From a virus, in IMG/VR virus record IMGVR_UViG_3300047560_001581, positions 2,453 through 66,452 of that record: a stretch of 64,000 nucleotides of DNA. One strand, 5' to 3'. Positions 28,342 to 37,673 of the stretch are shown here, in pieces; the stretch's first letter is position 1; each line of letters begins with the position of its first letter. The position numbers were made by a program, and so were the translations under genes. The notes under the pieces were generated by a model that saw nothing but the letters and a program-made list of their open reading frames with translations, was not told the DNA's origin and made no database searches.

Positions 28342-29280
28342 TTAGAATGCTATTGTACCGGATGAAGTAAATTTGAATACATGGTTACCTGACACGATAG
28401 AATAGGTATATGTTCCGGTTACTGTATTTGGTTTTGTGAAGAAAATAGGAAAATAAACATACACGACACCTGATCCGCCAGCGCCGGCGCCTACGCCATC
28501 AACGCCGGGTGCCCCTTTTCCGCCGCCGCCACCACCGGTATTTATTGTACCGGCAGTTCCATTAGTACCGGTGCTTCCTGCCGAGCCGGCGCCGCCACCT
28601 CCTGCGCCGCCTGCCGCTGCACTAGAATAACCAGCGCCGCCGCCACCACCTGCTAAGGTTACTCCCATTAAAGAAAATGATTTACCAGCGCCGCCTGCGG
28701 TTCCGTTAGAAGCTGAATCACTTACATTATCTGCTGCTGCTGCGTTTGCGCCCCCGCCACCGCCGGCTGCAAAGTTTCCACCACCGTATGCTGCGCCGCC
28801 GCCATGATTACCTTGATTGGTAACTCCCAAAGCTCCGGCAGTATATGTTCCTGAAGTAAATGTGCCTCCATATCCTCCGCCACTTCCTCCTACTGCAGGA
28901 GCAACAGTACCGAGATTACCCCAATAGTATGTGCCACCGTTTCCACCACCGAACGCTAAAACTTTTACAGTTAGATTTTGAAGGCCGCCGTACTCGATTG
29001 CACTGTCGCTGCCTGATGTTGGATACGTTGATGTTGAATTAACATAGCCGACGCCGCCGGCACCGACTGTAATTGTATATGTATACCCGGATGTTACAAT
29101 CATTTGAGTCAGTACGTAGCCACCTGCGCCACCACCTCCAAAGCCTCCTCCACCACCTCCACCGACTACACATAAATTAAAGAAGGTTGGAAATGCTGAT
29201 GCTTTTTGCGGAGTAGAAATCATTCCGCTATTTAACGATGCAGATGATCCCATTATACCAGACGAGTAGCGTTTGACCAT
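28342..29280 (-). CDS. Glycine-rich adhesin-like tip protein
   Basis: VVGGGGGGG, NTGGGGGG, GGSGVV and C-terminal FKFTSSGTIAF. Confidence 0.7.
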   Translation of the reverse strand: MVKRYSSGIMGSSASLNSGMISTPQKASAFPTFFNLCVVGGGGGGGFGGGGAGGYVLTQMIVTSGYTYTITVGAGGVGYVNSTSTYPTSGSDSAIEYGGLQNLTVKVLAFGGGNGGTYYWGNLGTVAPAVGGSGGGYGGTFTSGTYTAGALGVTNQGNHGGGAAYGGGNFAAGGGGGANAAAADNVSDSASNGTAGGAGKSFSLMGVTLAGGGGGAGYSSAAAGGAGGGGAGSAGSTGTNGTAGTINTGGGGGGKGAPGVDGVGAGAGGSGVVYVYFPIFFTKPNTVTGTYTYSIVSGNHVFKFTSSGTIAF

Positions 29281-29282
29281 TT

Positions 29283-29654
29283 TTAACTGATGTCCTCGTA
29301 GCTACATGTAACTATCAATGCGTTTGCAGTACCAGCAGTAGCACCCAAACTGGTATTTTCTTCTAGATAGTATTGACTTGATTTATCAACTATATTCAAT
29401 GTCGAGTATGCCGGAACACTCATGCCGCCAGCTATCGCAAAATTAGTGCCCGCTAGTGCGGCTGCTGTATTGTAATTCACTGTTATGTTTGCTGCGGTAG
29501 CAGTATAATTAGTAACGTTAACTGTATTAATTTTCAAACACTTACCACTACCTGATGCGTTTGATACCACTGCAGTTGCACTCGTTGTTGTTAAGTTAGC
29601 TCCTGCTGTTTTACCTAAAATTGTTGTTGCGCCGATTAAATTTGGTGCTGCCAT
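29283..29654 (-). CDS. Small adaptor protein (MAAPN family)
   Basis: 123 aa, beta-rich, with YLEE and terminal SYEDIS; sits between a shaft gene and a Gly-rich gene. Confidence 0.55.
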   Translation of the reverse strand: MAAPNLIGATTILGKTAGANLTTTSATAVVSNASGSGKCLKINTVNVTNYTATAANITVNYNTAAALAGTNFAIAGGMSVPAYSTLNIVDKSSQYYLEENTSLGATAGTANALIVTCSYEDIS

Positions 29655-29655
29655 A

Positions 29656-30750
29656 TTATCCTCCGAATACTAAGTTATAGCCCGTCACTCTCGCTGCGGT
29701 CACGCCGCTGGTTGTAGATGCTGCTGCTAATTCTCTAATTTGAATTAATGTGCCGTTGGGCGGGGCTGTTGTAAATGTCAATGTTGCACCTGACACTGTA
29801 TAATCTGTCGTAGGTGTTTGAACAACACCGCTGATTGATACCAGGGCGCTAGTAGTTGTTGTACCGCTAGTAACAGTATATGCTACATTACTACCATCAC
29901 CTGTGTAAGTCCTAGATACAAAGCTAGATGATCCTACATTAACACCTGCAAATGTAGTAACTTCAAGTTTAGAACCGTTTGCCGGTGCACTGCCTAATGT
30001 TAATGTGGTACCTGACACTGAGTATGCTGAACGCAATACTGTTGCACCATTATAGTTAACAATAGTTGAGTTTGCACTTGCAGGTGAAGTGCTTAATGTG
30101 AATGCAGTTTGCACCCCGTTACCAGTAAATGTATCTACTGTAACTGATGTAGATGTTCCACCTACTACTGTTCCCCATGACAGAGAGCCTGAACCATCTG
30201 TCTTTAAATATTGACCGCTAGTACCACCGGTGATAGTTACGTTACCGATACCACCTAAGTTAGCAGTAGTGGTTGCTATGAAGTTATTAGCTGTTAATGT
30301 GGTTGTTGTTTTATTAAATGTTAAACCCGCGTTGCCACCAAATGAACCAGCGTCATTGAACTGTAATTGTGTGTTAGAACCACCGGGTGTTCCACTTCCA
30401 CCACCTAAACTGTACGCAGTTCCGTTAGCATAATACAAGTGGTCTGTTAGAACATTACCTGCAGTCACGTTTCCTGTAACTGTTAAGCTAGATAATGTAC
30501 CGACGGATGTAATATTAGGTTGTGCTGCTGTAGTAACTGTACCCGATGTTGTTGCGCTGCTTACAGTACCTGTTACGTTTGCACCAGTAATACTAGTCAA
30601 TAAGCTACCGTTACCTGAGAAGTAATTTGATGTTGCTAGATTACCTAAGTTAGCGTTTAACGATGCAACGTTGCCCGTAGCGGTTACATTGTTGAACGTA
30701 AAGTCCAATGTACTATCGATGACGTAGGGTTTAATCTTAATTATTGACAT
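29656..30750 (-). CDS. Tail fibre shaft protein with two (F/Y)TGxG domains
   Basis: AQPNITSVGTL, TQLQFND, DTFTGNGVQTAFTLS and TYTGDG domains; ends YNLVFGG. Confidence 0.7.
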   Translation of the reverse strand: MSIIKIKPYVIDSTLDFTFNNVTATGNVASLNANLGNLATSNYFSGNGSLLTSITGANVTGTVSSATTSGTVTTAAQPNITSVGTLSSLTVTGNVTAGNVLTDHLYYANGTAYSLGGGSGTPGGSNTQLQFNDAGSFGGNAGLTFNKTTTTLTANNFIATTTANLGGIGNVTITGGTSGQYLKTDGSGSLSWGTVVGGTSTSVTVDTFTGNGVQTAFTLSTSPASANSTIVNYNGATVLRSAYSVSGTTLTLGSAPANGSKLEVTTFAGVNVGSSSFVSRTYTGDGSNVAYTVTSGTTTTSALVSISGVVQTPTTDYTVSGATLTFTTAPPNGTLIQIRELAAASTTSGVTAARVTGYNLVFGG

Positions 30751-30773
30751 TTTGTAAGCCTATCTTATATTTA

Positions 30774-32576
30774 TCACGTTTGGAATGTCAGAATCCCACC
30801 TGTCATATGAAGACCGTTTGACCCTAATGCCATGTTTGCAGATGAAAACGGGTTATATAAAAATGCGTTATTTCCGCCACTTAATGACAAGTTACCATAT
30901 GTATAGTTGTTAGATAACCCGTCATCCCATAGAACCCCGTTAATACACCCTTGATTATTTGACGTTATCCACTTCTTTGCATTTGCAGGGGTTGCGCTAG
31001 GATTCTGTTGTAGAAACAATGCTAGAACTCCTGCAGCTTCAGGGGAAGAAAATGATGTACCTGATTCATTCTTTTGATAGAATGAACTATTTCCTGCGTA
31101 TGTATTACCAGAAACAGCCGCACATACTAATCCCACACCGGGTGCATATAAATCTACAGCAGTTCCATAACTTGAGAACGTTCCTCTTTGGTCTAATGTA
31201 GAACTATACGTTGTTACGTTAGATGCACCTACGTTAATGCATCCTGCAGCCCACGGACTAGATGCTCTACAGTAGTATGTATTTGAAAGCACAGGCTGCC
31301 CGCTAGCATTAATACTAGTGATGATGCTTACGTAATTGTTGTAATCAGGGCCAGTACTAAGTTCTTGTTTAGTGTGGTCGTTACCGGCAGAACGAACATA
31401 GTGTACCCCGTTAGCCATCATGCTAGCTAAAGCAGAATCATATGTAGTTGAATAACCGTTAATCTGATAGAGTATTGACGCATTACCAGATGTATTCGTG
31501 TATGTACCTGCATTAGTACCATCTAATGCATAGTTAGCATTGATAGTATAACCACTCCAACTAGTGCCGCGGTATGAACCGCCCCAAATCTGATAGTTCA
31601 AATAGATTGTATGCCCTGAATATGGATTATATGGACTACCACTATTCATAACATATCCAGTAACTCCCCATGATCCGTTGACGATAGTAGGACGTTTTGT
31701 TCCTAAAACAGGATCAATTGCTTTCTGCACGTGAAATTTGTTAATCAAGTCAAATGCAGTGGCAGTAGCAATAGTTGTACCAGCAGTGCCTAGAATGTTC
31801 ATTGCATAAATCTTTGCATTCTTCGCCCAGCCGAATGTCTTACCAGCTACAACTGATGCTACGCTAGTACCGTGTCCATTGTCATCGGTGTAGAAATTTG
31901 CTGGCATCGTACCACTAGTTCCAGTAACACTATACCAATCGATTTGTTGAACACGAGATACCCCGTTAGCATATAAAAACTCAGGGTGTGTTGGTAAGAT
32001 ACCAGTATCCATGATTACAACGTCAACCCCTGTTCCATCCGCTATATAATTATAAGTGCCGGATGCTGTGTTCCCAGTACCATAGTTATTAGTTGGACTA
32101 CTGCATCTTTTCAATCCCCAGTTAACTACATTACCTGTTGCGTTCCCAAAGATAGCTTGCTTGGTAAAGTCGCTTGATTGTATTGAATGTGGTAGAATTC
32201 GTAGACTAGGATTAACTTCTGGGTTTAGTTCAACATCAAGTACATCAGGGTGATTCTTTAACTTCAATGCTTCATCCACTGTTAGCCAATAATGAGTTTG
32301 TGTATCTGAAGCCGGTCTTCTGTTAGCAACATCTACAATTCTGTCAGGGATAATACTACTATCAACAGAATCATCTAATGTAGTGTCACGTTCTAAATCA
32401 CGCTCCAAGTCGTCAATAGTTAAACCTTGTTTTACTATCACCACGTAATCTTGCAGTTGATTAGGATCTGCCTGAGTTAACTGGATAGGTGCAACATCTA
32501 GATGAGTATTAAACTCAGTAGTTGGAACTGTTAATACAGCACCGAAGTCTAACTCTTGTGTATTAAATGTTGCCAT
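30774..32576 (-). CDS. Subtilisin-like serine protease (S8)
   Basis: Triad VIMDTG, HGTSVAS and GTSFSSP, oxyanion SAGND, and an N-terminal propeptide-like region. Start at 32576 by TAATG coupling. Confidence 0.92.
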   Translation of the reverse strand: MATFNTQELDFGAVLTVPTTEFNTHLDVAPIQLTQADPNQLQDYVVIVKQGLTIDDLERDLERDTTLDDSVDSSIIPDRIVDVANRRPASDTQTHYWLTVDEALKLKNHPDVLDVELNPEVNPSLRILPHSIQSSDFTKQAIFGNATGNVVNWGLKRCSSPTNNYGTGNTASGTYNYIADGTGVDVVIMDTGILPTHPEFLYANGVSRVQQIDWYSVTGTSGTMPANFYTDDNGHGTSVASVVAGKTFGWAKNAKIYAMNILGTAGTTIATATAFDLINKFHVQKAIDPVLGTKRPTIVNGSWGVTGYVMNSGSPYNPYSGHTIYLNYQIWGGSYRGTSWSGYTINANYALDGTNAGTYTNTSGNASILYQINGYSTTYDSALASMMANGVHYVRSAGNDHTKQELSTGPDYNNYVSIITSINASGQPVLSNTYYCRASSPWAAGCINVGASNVTTYSSTLDQRGTFSSYGTAVDLYAPGVGLVCAAVSGNTYAGNSSFYQKNESGTSFSSPEAAGVLALFLQQNPSATPANAKKWITSNNQGCINGVLWDDGLSNNYTYGNLSLSGGNNAFLYNPFSSANMALGSNGLHMTGGILTFQT

Positions 32577-35500
32577 TAGTGCAAGTCCACCCATGATCCG
32601 TTAGCGTATACTTGTAACTTGTTCGTAGTGGTGTTGTAAATCACGTACCCGTTACTAGCCGCAATCGCATCACGTACTGTAGAAGTGCAAGTATAGAATT
32701 GCATTGGACTTGTTGACACACGAACTACTGTGTTCGCAGATAGCACAATGCTTGTGTTTGATTGTAATGTCGGTGTTCCTGAGCCACCGTTAACAACACT
32801 ATTAGCAGTCAATGTATCAACTGTTAAGTTTGTGTTTGACGAGATAACGTTACCTGACAATGTATTCGCAGTAACAGTATTAGCAGAAAATACGTTAGCT
32901 GTGATGTTGCCGCTACCAAAACCTAATACACTTGAGAATGTAGTTACTTCGATTGGAGCTGTGTCAGGTGGTGCTGATGAGAATGTCAATGTTGTACCTG
33001 ACACAGTGTATACTGTTCTAGGCTGAATTGTACCACCTAATGCAACTAATGTATATGCTGAACTTGATGGAGAAACTGATAGCGTATATGCAGTTTGAAC
33101 ACCGTTACCTGTAAAGTTATCAACTGTTACAGTTGATCCCGTTGGTGTTACCCAAGTTAAGTTGCCAGCACCATCAGTCTGTAATAGTTGGTTAGTTGAA
33201 CCACCTGTGATATGTACGTTAGCTACCGCACCTAAATTAGCACTAGTAGATGATACAAAGTTATTTGCAGTTAATGTAGTTGTCGTCTTGTTGAACGTTA
33301 GACCAGCATTGCCACCCAATGAACCACCGTCATTGAATTGAATCTGTGTATCTGATCCAGCAACTGTTGCGCCACCGCCGCCTAAGCTATATGCAACACC
33401 GTTAGCGTAGTACAAATGGTCAGTTAAGATGTTACCTGCTGTAATATTACCGGATGCAGTGAGTGTGTTTGCACTAATTACGTTTGCACCGGTGATGTTA
33501 CCGCCTGAACCAGAGCCGCCTATAATGTTACCTGTCGTGATTAAGTTGCCACCAGTAATGTTACCAGTAGCAGTTAAGCTGGTCAACGTACCAACTGAAG
33601 TAATGTTTGGCTGTGCTGCTGTATATACAGTACCTGCAACTAGTGCATTACCAACTTGACCTGTTACGTTTGCGCCAGCCACTGCATTTGCAGTAGTTGC
33701 GTATGCGACTGCACCTGTTACGTTTGCGCCAGTCAAATTAGTTAAGCTATTACCAGCACCAACAAAGTAGTTTGCAGTAATGACATTAGCACCAGAGATA
33801 TTGCCACCAGAGCCGCCGCCTGTAACAATGTTACCTGCTGTTATCAAATTGCCACCGGTGATGTTACCAGTAGCAGTTAGGCTAGTTAGTGTACCAACAC
33901 TAGTGATATTAGGTTGCGCCGCAGTATAAACTGTACCTGCTACTAATGCATTACCTACTTGACCTGTAACATTCGCACCGGTTATTGCTGACAATGAACT
34001 ACCGTTACCGCTTAAGTAAGCTGCGGATACGTTACCTGTAGCAGATACATTACCCGGTGTTGTTACATTCTTGAAGTTTGCACCAGTACTACTGATAGTA
34101 CCTACAATGTTGGCTGTGTTAGGTCCGCCTGCAATGAATCTAATACTTGTTCCAGAAGTTACTGTACCTAAAACTAAGTTACCAGCACTACTGTTACCTT
34201 GGACATACAAATATCCATCATCAGCGTATGCAGCAGTACCTATACTGTTTTCTTGTGTTCCATCCCATGAGCCTCCTGCGATACCCATGTCAATAAAGAA
34301 CTTAGTATCAGTACCGTTGTCTGATGTTGCACAGAAGTCAGTACTTGCTTGACTACCGTGATTAATGTTTTGGAAGTTAATCTGTACGTATGCGTTAGAG
34401 TCTGCACTGGCTTGAATGATAGGATTATATACAACCGCATATCCAGATGATAGACCGGCATACAATGCTCCAACACCGTGTGCGTCTCCGTAAAACTGAC
34501 CTGAGTTACCAGTTAACTGGTTAATAGATCCATTACCAGTAAATGTAAGATTACCAGTAACTGATAAGTTACCACCCACATGTGTGTTACCATCTACGTC
34601 AATATTACCTGCTAGGGCAAGACTACTAGACCAAGCAGTATCATAGTTAGTGCCACTGTTTTTTGTTAATACTTGCCCAGCAACGCCGCCTGCAGCAACA
34701 CCTTGACCAGTAGCACCAGTAGCACCAGTTGGACCTCTTGGTCCCTGTGGACCTTGACTAGATAATTCTAATGCAGCGTAATCAATGCTTGTCGTGTGTG
34801 ATGAGTTACCACTATTGCTATGATACAACTTCAATTGTGCAACACCGCTGCCATTAATGTAGGGGGCGGAGTCAATTACTTCTAACGCAAATGCATAATA
34901 CGCACCTAAGCCGGTGTAGGTACCGATAGCATCCCATGTGCTAGTTGAGTTATTATACAATTGAACATAAATGGTATGTCCAGATGCTTGTGTGTAGTTG
35001 ATGTTTAATACAACACGGTTGAAACTTGTTACTGAGATGAAGTCGATGTCAACTTGCCATGCGGGCGCAGATCCTGTACCGTCAGTCAATACGTAGACAT
35101 TGCCGCCGGCATAATCTCCAAACGATTGTATACTTGTTACGTTACCTGATACGTATACACCACCAGTCAAGGCAATTGAGTTAGCGTTGTATGTTGTAGT
35201 TGATGGTACATTATCGACCCATTGTATGTTGCCTGTGCCGTCTGTTTCTAATATGTAACCGGCAGAGCCACCTGAAATTTTAACGTTAGCAACGTTACCT
35301 AAACTAACGTTACTTGCGCCGGTTAAATTAACAGTACCTGTACTAGTTAATCCAGTTAGTGTTCCAACTGAAGTAATGTTTGGTTGCGCCGCAGTATATA
35401 CAGTACCTGCAACTAGTGCATTGCCCACTTGACCTGTCACGTTCGCACCAGTCAATCCAGTTAATGCTTGTCCATTACCGATGATGTTACCTACAGTTAC

Positions 35501-36277
35501 GTTACCTGTAGTTACGATGGTGTTTGATCCATAGCTAGCTAAGAACGTAGATACGTTGCTGTTACCATATGTGACTGGTGCTGATGCGAACACACCATTA
35601 CCATATAAGATGTTACTTGCATTACCATCTTTGTTGATAGTTGCAATGTTACCAATACCAGTAACGTTTGCTACTGCTACTGAGTAAGCAACGTTTGCTA
35701 CATTGGCATTTGCACCTAAGTTATCCACAAAGCTAGTAGTTACACGTGCATCAATCGCTGAGTTTGCTTTAGCTACAGTGTAATACTGGTTGAGACCTTC
35801 TGGTAGATTTGTCGTTGTCTTGGTTGCTAACCAAGTATCAGCCGTCGATGTGAACGATGTAGTACTTAACTTGTTAGCAAGTGCATTAGTAACTGTCGTT
35901 GAGTAGCTAGCATCGTTGCCCAGTGCATCTGCTAGTTCTTTTAATGTATCCAGTGCCGTTGGAGCTGAATTTACTAAGTTTGCTACTGCGTTTGATACGT
36001 CAGTTGTGGTTGCGTATCCAGTTAAATTAGCAGGTTGTAATGCTGTGTCGGCTTTTGATCCTTGGGCTGCCGTAGCAAAGCTACTTGAAGTGAATCCGTT
36101 AAGCGATGCTGCATTGACTCCAGTTACTGAACTACCGTTTCCTACAAAATAGTTAGCAGTTACAGTGTTCCCTAAATTAGCATTTGCGGCAGCTACGTTG
36201 CTGGTAACGGTTACATTCGCAAATGTAAAACTGCTTGTTGAATCTAGTGTAAAACTGGGTAATCTTGTTAATGCCAT
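32576..36277 (-). CDS. Long modular tail fibre protein
   Basis: APTALDTLKELADALGND module, three AQPNITSVGTL modules, short collagen GPQGPRGPTGATGATG, FTGNG domain and C-terminal IYNTTTNKLQVY knob. Confidence 0.8.
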   Translation of the reverse strand: MALTRLPSFTLDSTSSFTFANVTVTSNVAAANANLGNTVTANYFVGNGSSVTGVNAASLNGFTSSSFATAAQGSKADTALQPANLTGYATTTDVSNAVANLVNSAPTALDTLKELADALGNDASYSTTVTNALANKLSTTSFTSTADTWLATKTTTNLPEGLNQYYTVAKANSAIDARVTTSFVDNLGANANVANVAYSVAVANVTGIGNIATINKDGNASNILYGNGVFASAPVTYGNSNVSTFLASYGSNTIVTTGNVTVGNIIGNGQALTGLTGANVTGQVGNALVAGTVYTAAQPNITSVGTLTGLTSTGTVNLTGASNVSLGNVANVKISGGSAGYILETDGTGNIQWVDNVPSTTTYNANSIALTGGVYVSGNVTSIQSFGDYAGGNVYVLTDGTGSAPAWQVDIDFISVTSFNRVVLNINYTQASGHTIYVQLYNNSTSTWDAIGTYTGLGAYYAFALEVIDSAPYINGSGVAQLKLYHSNSGNSSHTTSIDYAALELSSQGPQGPRGPTGATGATGQGVAAGGVAGQVLTKNSGTNYDTAWSSSLALAGNIDVDGNTHVGGNLSVTGNLTFTGNGSINQLTGNSGQFYGDAHGVGALYAGLSSGYAVVYNPIIQASADSNAYVQINFQNINHGSQASTDFCATSDNGTDTKFFIDMGIAGGSWDGTQENSIGTAAYADDGYLYVQGNSSAGNLVLGTVTSGTSIRFIAGGPNTANIVGTISSTGANFKNVTTPGNVSATGNVSAAYLSGNGSSLSAITGANVTGQVGNALVAGTVYTAAQPNITSVGTLTSLTATGNITGGNLITAGNIVTGGGSGGNISGANVITANYFVGAGNSLTNLTGANVTGAVAYATTANAVAGANVTGQVGNALVAGTVYTAAQPNITSVGTLTSLTATGNITGGNLITTGNIIGGSGSGGNITGANVISANTLTASGNITAGNILTDHLYYANGVAYSLGGGGATVAGSDTQIQFNDGGSLGGNAGLTFNKTTTTLTANNFVSSTSANLGAVANVHITGGSTNQLLQTDGAGNLTWVTPTGSTVTVDNFTGNGVQTAYTLSVSPSSSAYTLVALGGTIQPRTVYTVSGTTLTFSSAPPDTAPIEVTTFSSVLGFGSGNITANVFSANTVTANTLSGNVISSNTNLTVDTLTANSVVNGGSGTPTLQSNTSIVLSANTVVRVSTSPMQFYTCTSTVRDAIAASNGYVIYNTTTNKLQVYANGSWVDLH

Positions 36278-36305
36278 ACTTAAACCTTATTATATATTTA
36301 GTCGT

Positions 36306-37190
36306 TTAAGCGGTGTATCTTATTATGACTATTCCCGATCCGCCTGCACCTGCGGCTGAGTTAACACCCGCAATACTTGCGCCGCCACCGCCTGTATTAG
36401 TAGTACCATTAACGATAGTTTGATACACTGCGGTTGCACCGCCACCTAAACCACCTGAACCTTGAGAGCCTGTCGCGGCAGCGCCGCCTGCACCCTTGTT
36501 CAATGAGCCACCGCCGCCACCTGCATAATAGTTACCGTCTAACCACTGTAAACCATCACCACCATTACCACCATTACTAGAACTAGGAGATACGCCTGCT
36601 GCTCCTGCTCCGCCGCCACCGGCGCCCGGACGTCCTGATGTAGTTGTTGCCGGTGCTGTACCACCGTTATTGCCCTGTGACGGGGAAGTTGAAGGAGTAT
36701 TACCTGCTCCGCCTGCAGGGGCGAACGGTTGTCCTCCACCACCTGAACCACCTGAAGCGCCAGCTCCGGAATATCTACCCGATCCGCCGCCGCCACCTGC
36801 GCTTGATATCGAAAATGCTGAACTTGCTGATCCAGAGCCACCTAAACCACCGTTCGCTGCACCACCTGCGCCTGCGCCACCCACTGTAATAGCATAATCT
36901 TGTGGTGTTACTACGTTAGTGCCTGTTCTATAACCGCCTGCGCCACCACCGCCTGAACCGTTACCGTCAGTACCACCGCCACCTCCACCGCCGGCAACGA
37001 CTAGAAAGCTAACAGCTTCATTACCTAAGTTACTAGTAACAGTGAATGTACCTGACCCAGTGAAGGTGTGATATTTGTATCCACCCACTGTGGTAACAGT
37101 ACCACCTGATGCAACAATTTTAGGTGCAGAACCAGATACACGAGTGTGTAAACCTGTAAATGCTCCAGCAAACTGTGTAAATCTTGACAT
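36306..37190 (-). CDS. Glycine-rich adhesin-like tip protein
   Basis: SGGTVTTVGGYKYHTFTGSGTF, LVVAGGGGGG, YYAGGGGG and GGSGIVIIRY. Confidence 0.72.
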   Translation of the reverse strand: MSRFTQFAGAFTGLHTRVSGSAPKIVASGGTVTTVGGYKYHTFTGSGTFTVTSNLGNEAVSFLVVAGGGGGGGTDGNGSGGGGAGGYRTGTNVVTPQDYAITVGGAGAGGAANGGLGGSGSASSAFSISSAGGGGGSGRYSGAGASGGSGGGGQPFAPAGGAGNTPSTSPSQGNNGGTAPATTTSGRPGAGGGGAGAAGVSPSSSNGGNGGDGLQWLDGNYYAGGGGGSLNKGAGGAAATGSQGSGGLGGGATAVYQTIVNGTTNTGGGGASIAGVNSAAGAGGSGIVIIRYTA

Positions 37191-37192
37191 GA

Positions 37193-37660
37193 TTATCCGT
37201 AATTAGAATATTGTCCCAACACAGACCAAGCACTACTTGTTCTCAGTAGAGTGAATGAGAAGATTTCAGTTTTACTTGCAGTACCAGTAGGTGCTGTGCT
37301 TGTAATCCACTTGATTGTTTGTGCAGAACCGTCAATTTGAACTGCTGTCGGAACGTATGGTGTTGAACCTTGCACTACAATCAATGCAGCTACGATTGCT
37401 CTATTGTCTGTTGTTGATACGTTTGTAAAGTTCGCAGTAAAATTGGCTGCAGGACTCGTATGGTAAAACGTTGCTCCTGTGCTTATGTCATGTGCAACTG
37501 TACCAGTAGCTCCGGTCTTTAAGTTAACAACTTCACTAGATTGTTGAAACGTAGACCAGCTTGAGAATGCGGCGTTACCGCTAACGTTCAATGTAGTCAA
37601 TGTACCTACACTAGTAATGTTAGCTGTATCGATTAATGATGCTGATGCTTTTGTAGTCAT
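37193..37660 (-). CDS. Short fibre/adaptor protein
   Basis: NITSVGTL stub followed by a beta domain (IKW...PT...EIFSFTL); precedes a Gly-rich gene. Confidence 0.55.
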   Translation of the reverse strand: MTTKASASLIDTANITSVGTLTTLNVSGNAAFSSWSTFQQSSEVVNLKTGATGTVAHDISTGATFYHTSPAANFTANFTNVSTTDNRAIVAALIVVQGSTPYVPTAVQIDGSAQTIKWITSTAPTGTASKTEIFSFTLLRTSSAWSVLGQYSNYG

Positions 37661-37673
37661 ATAATTACTCTAT

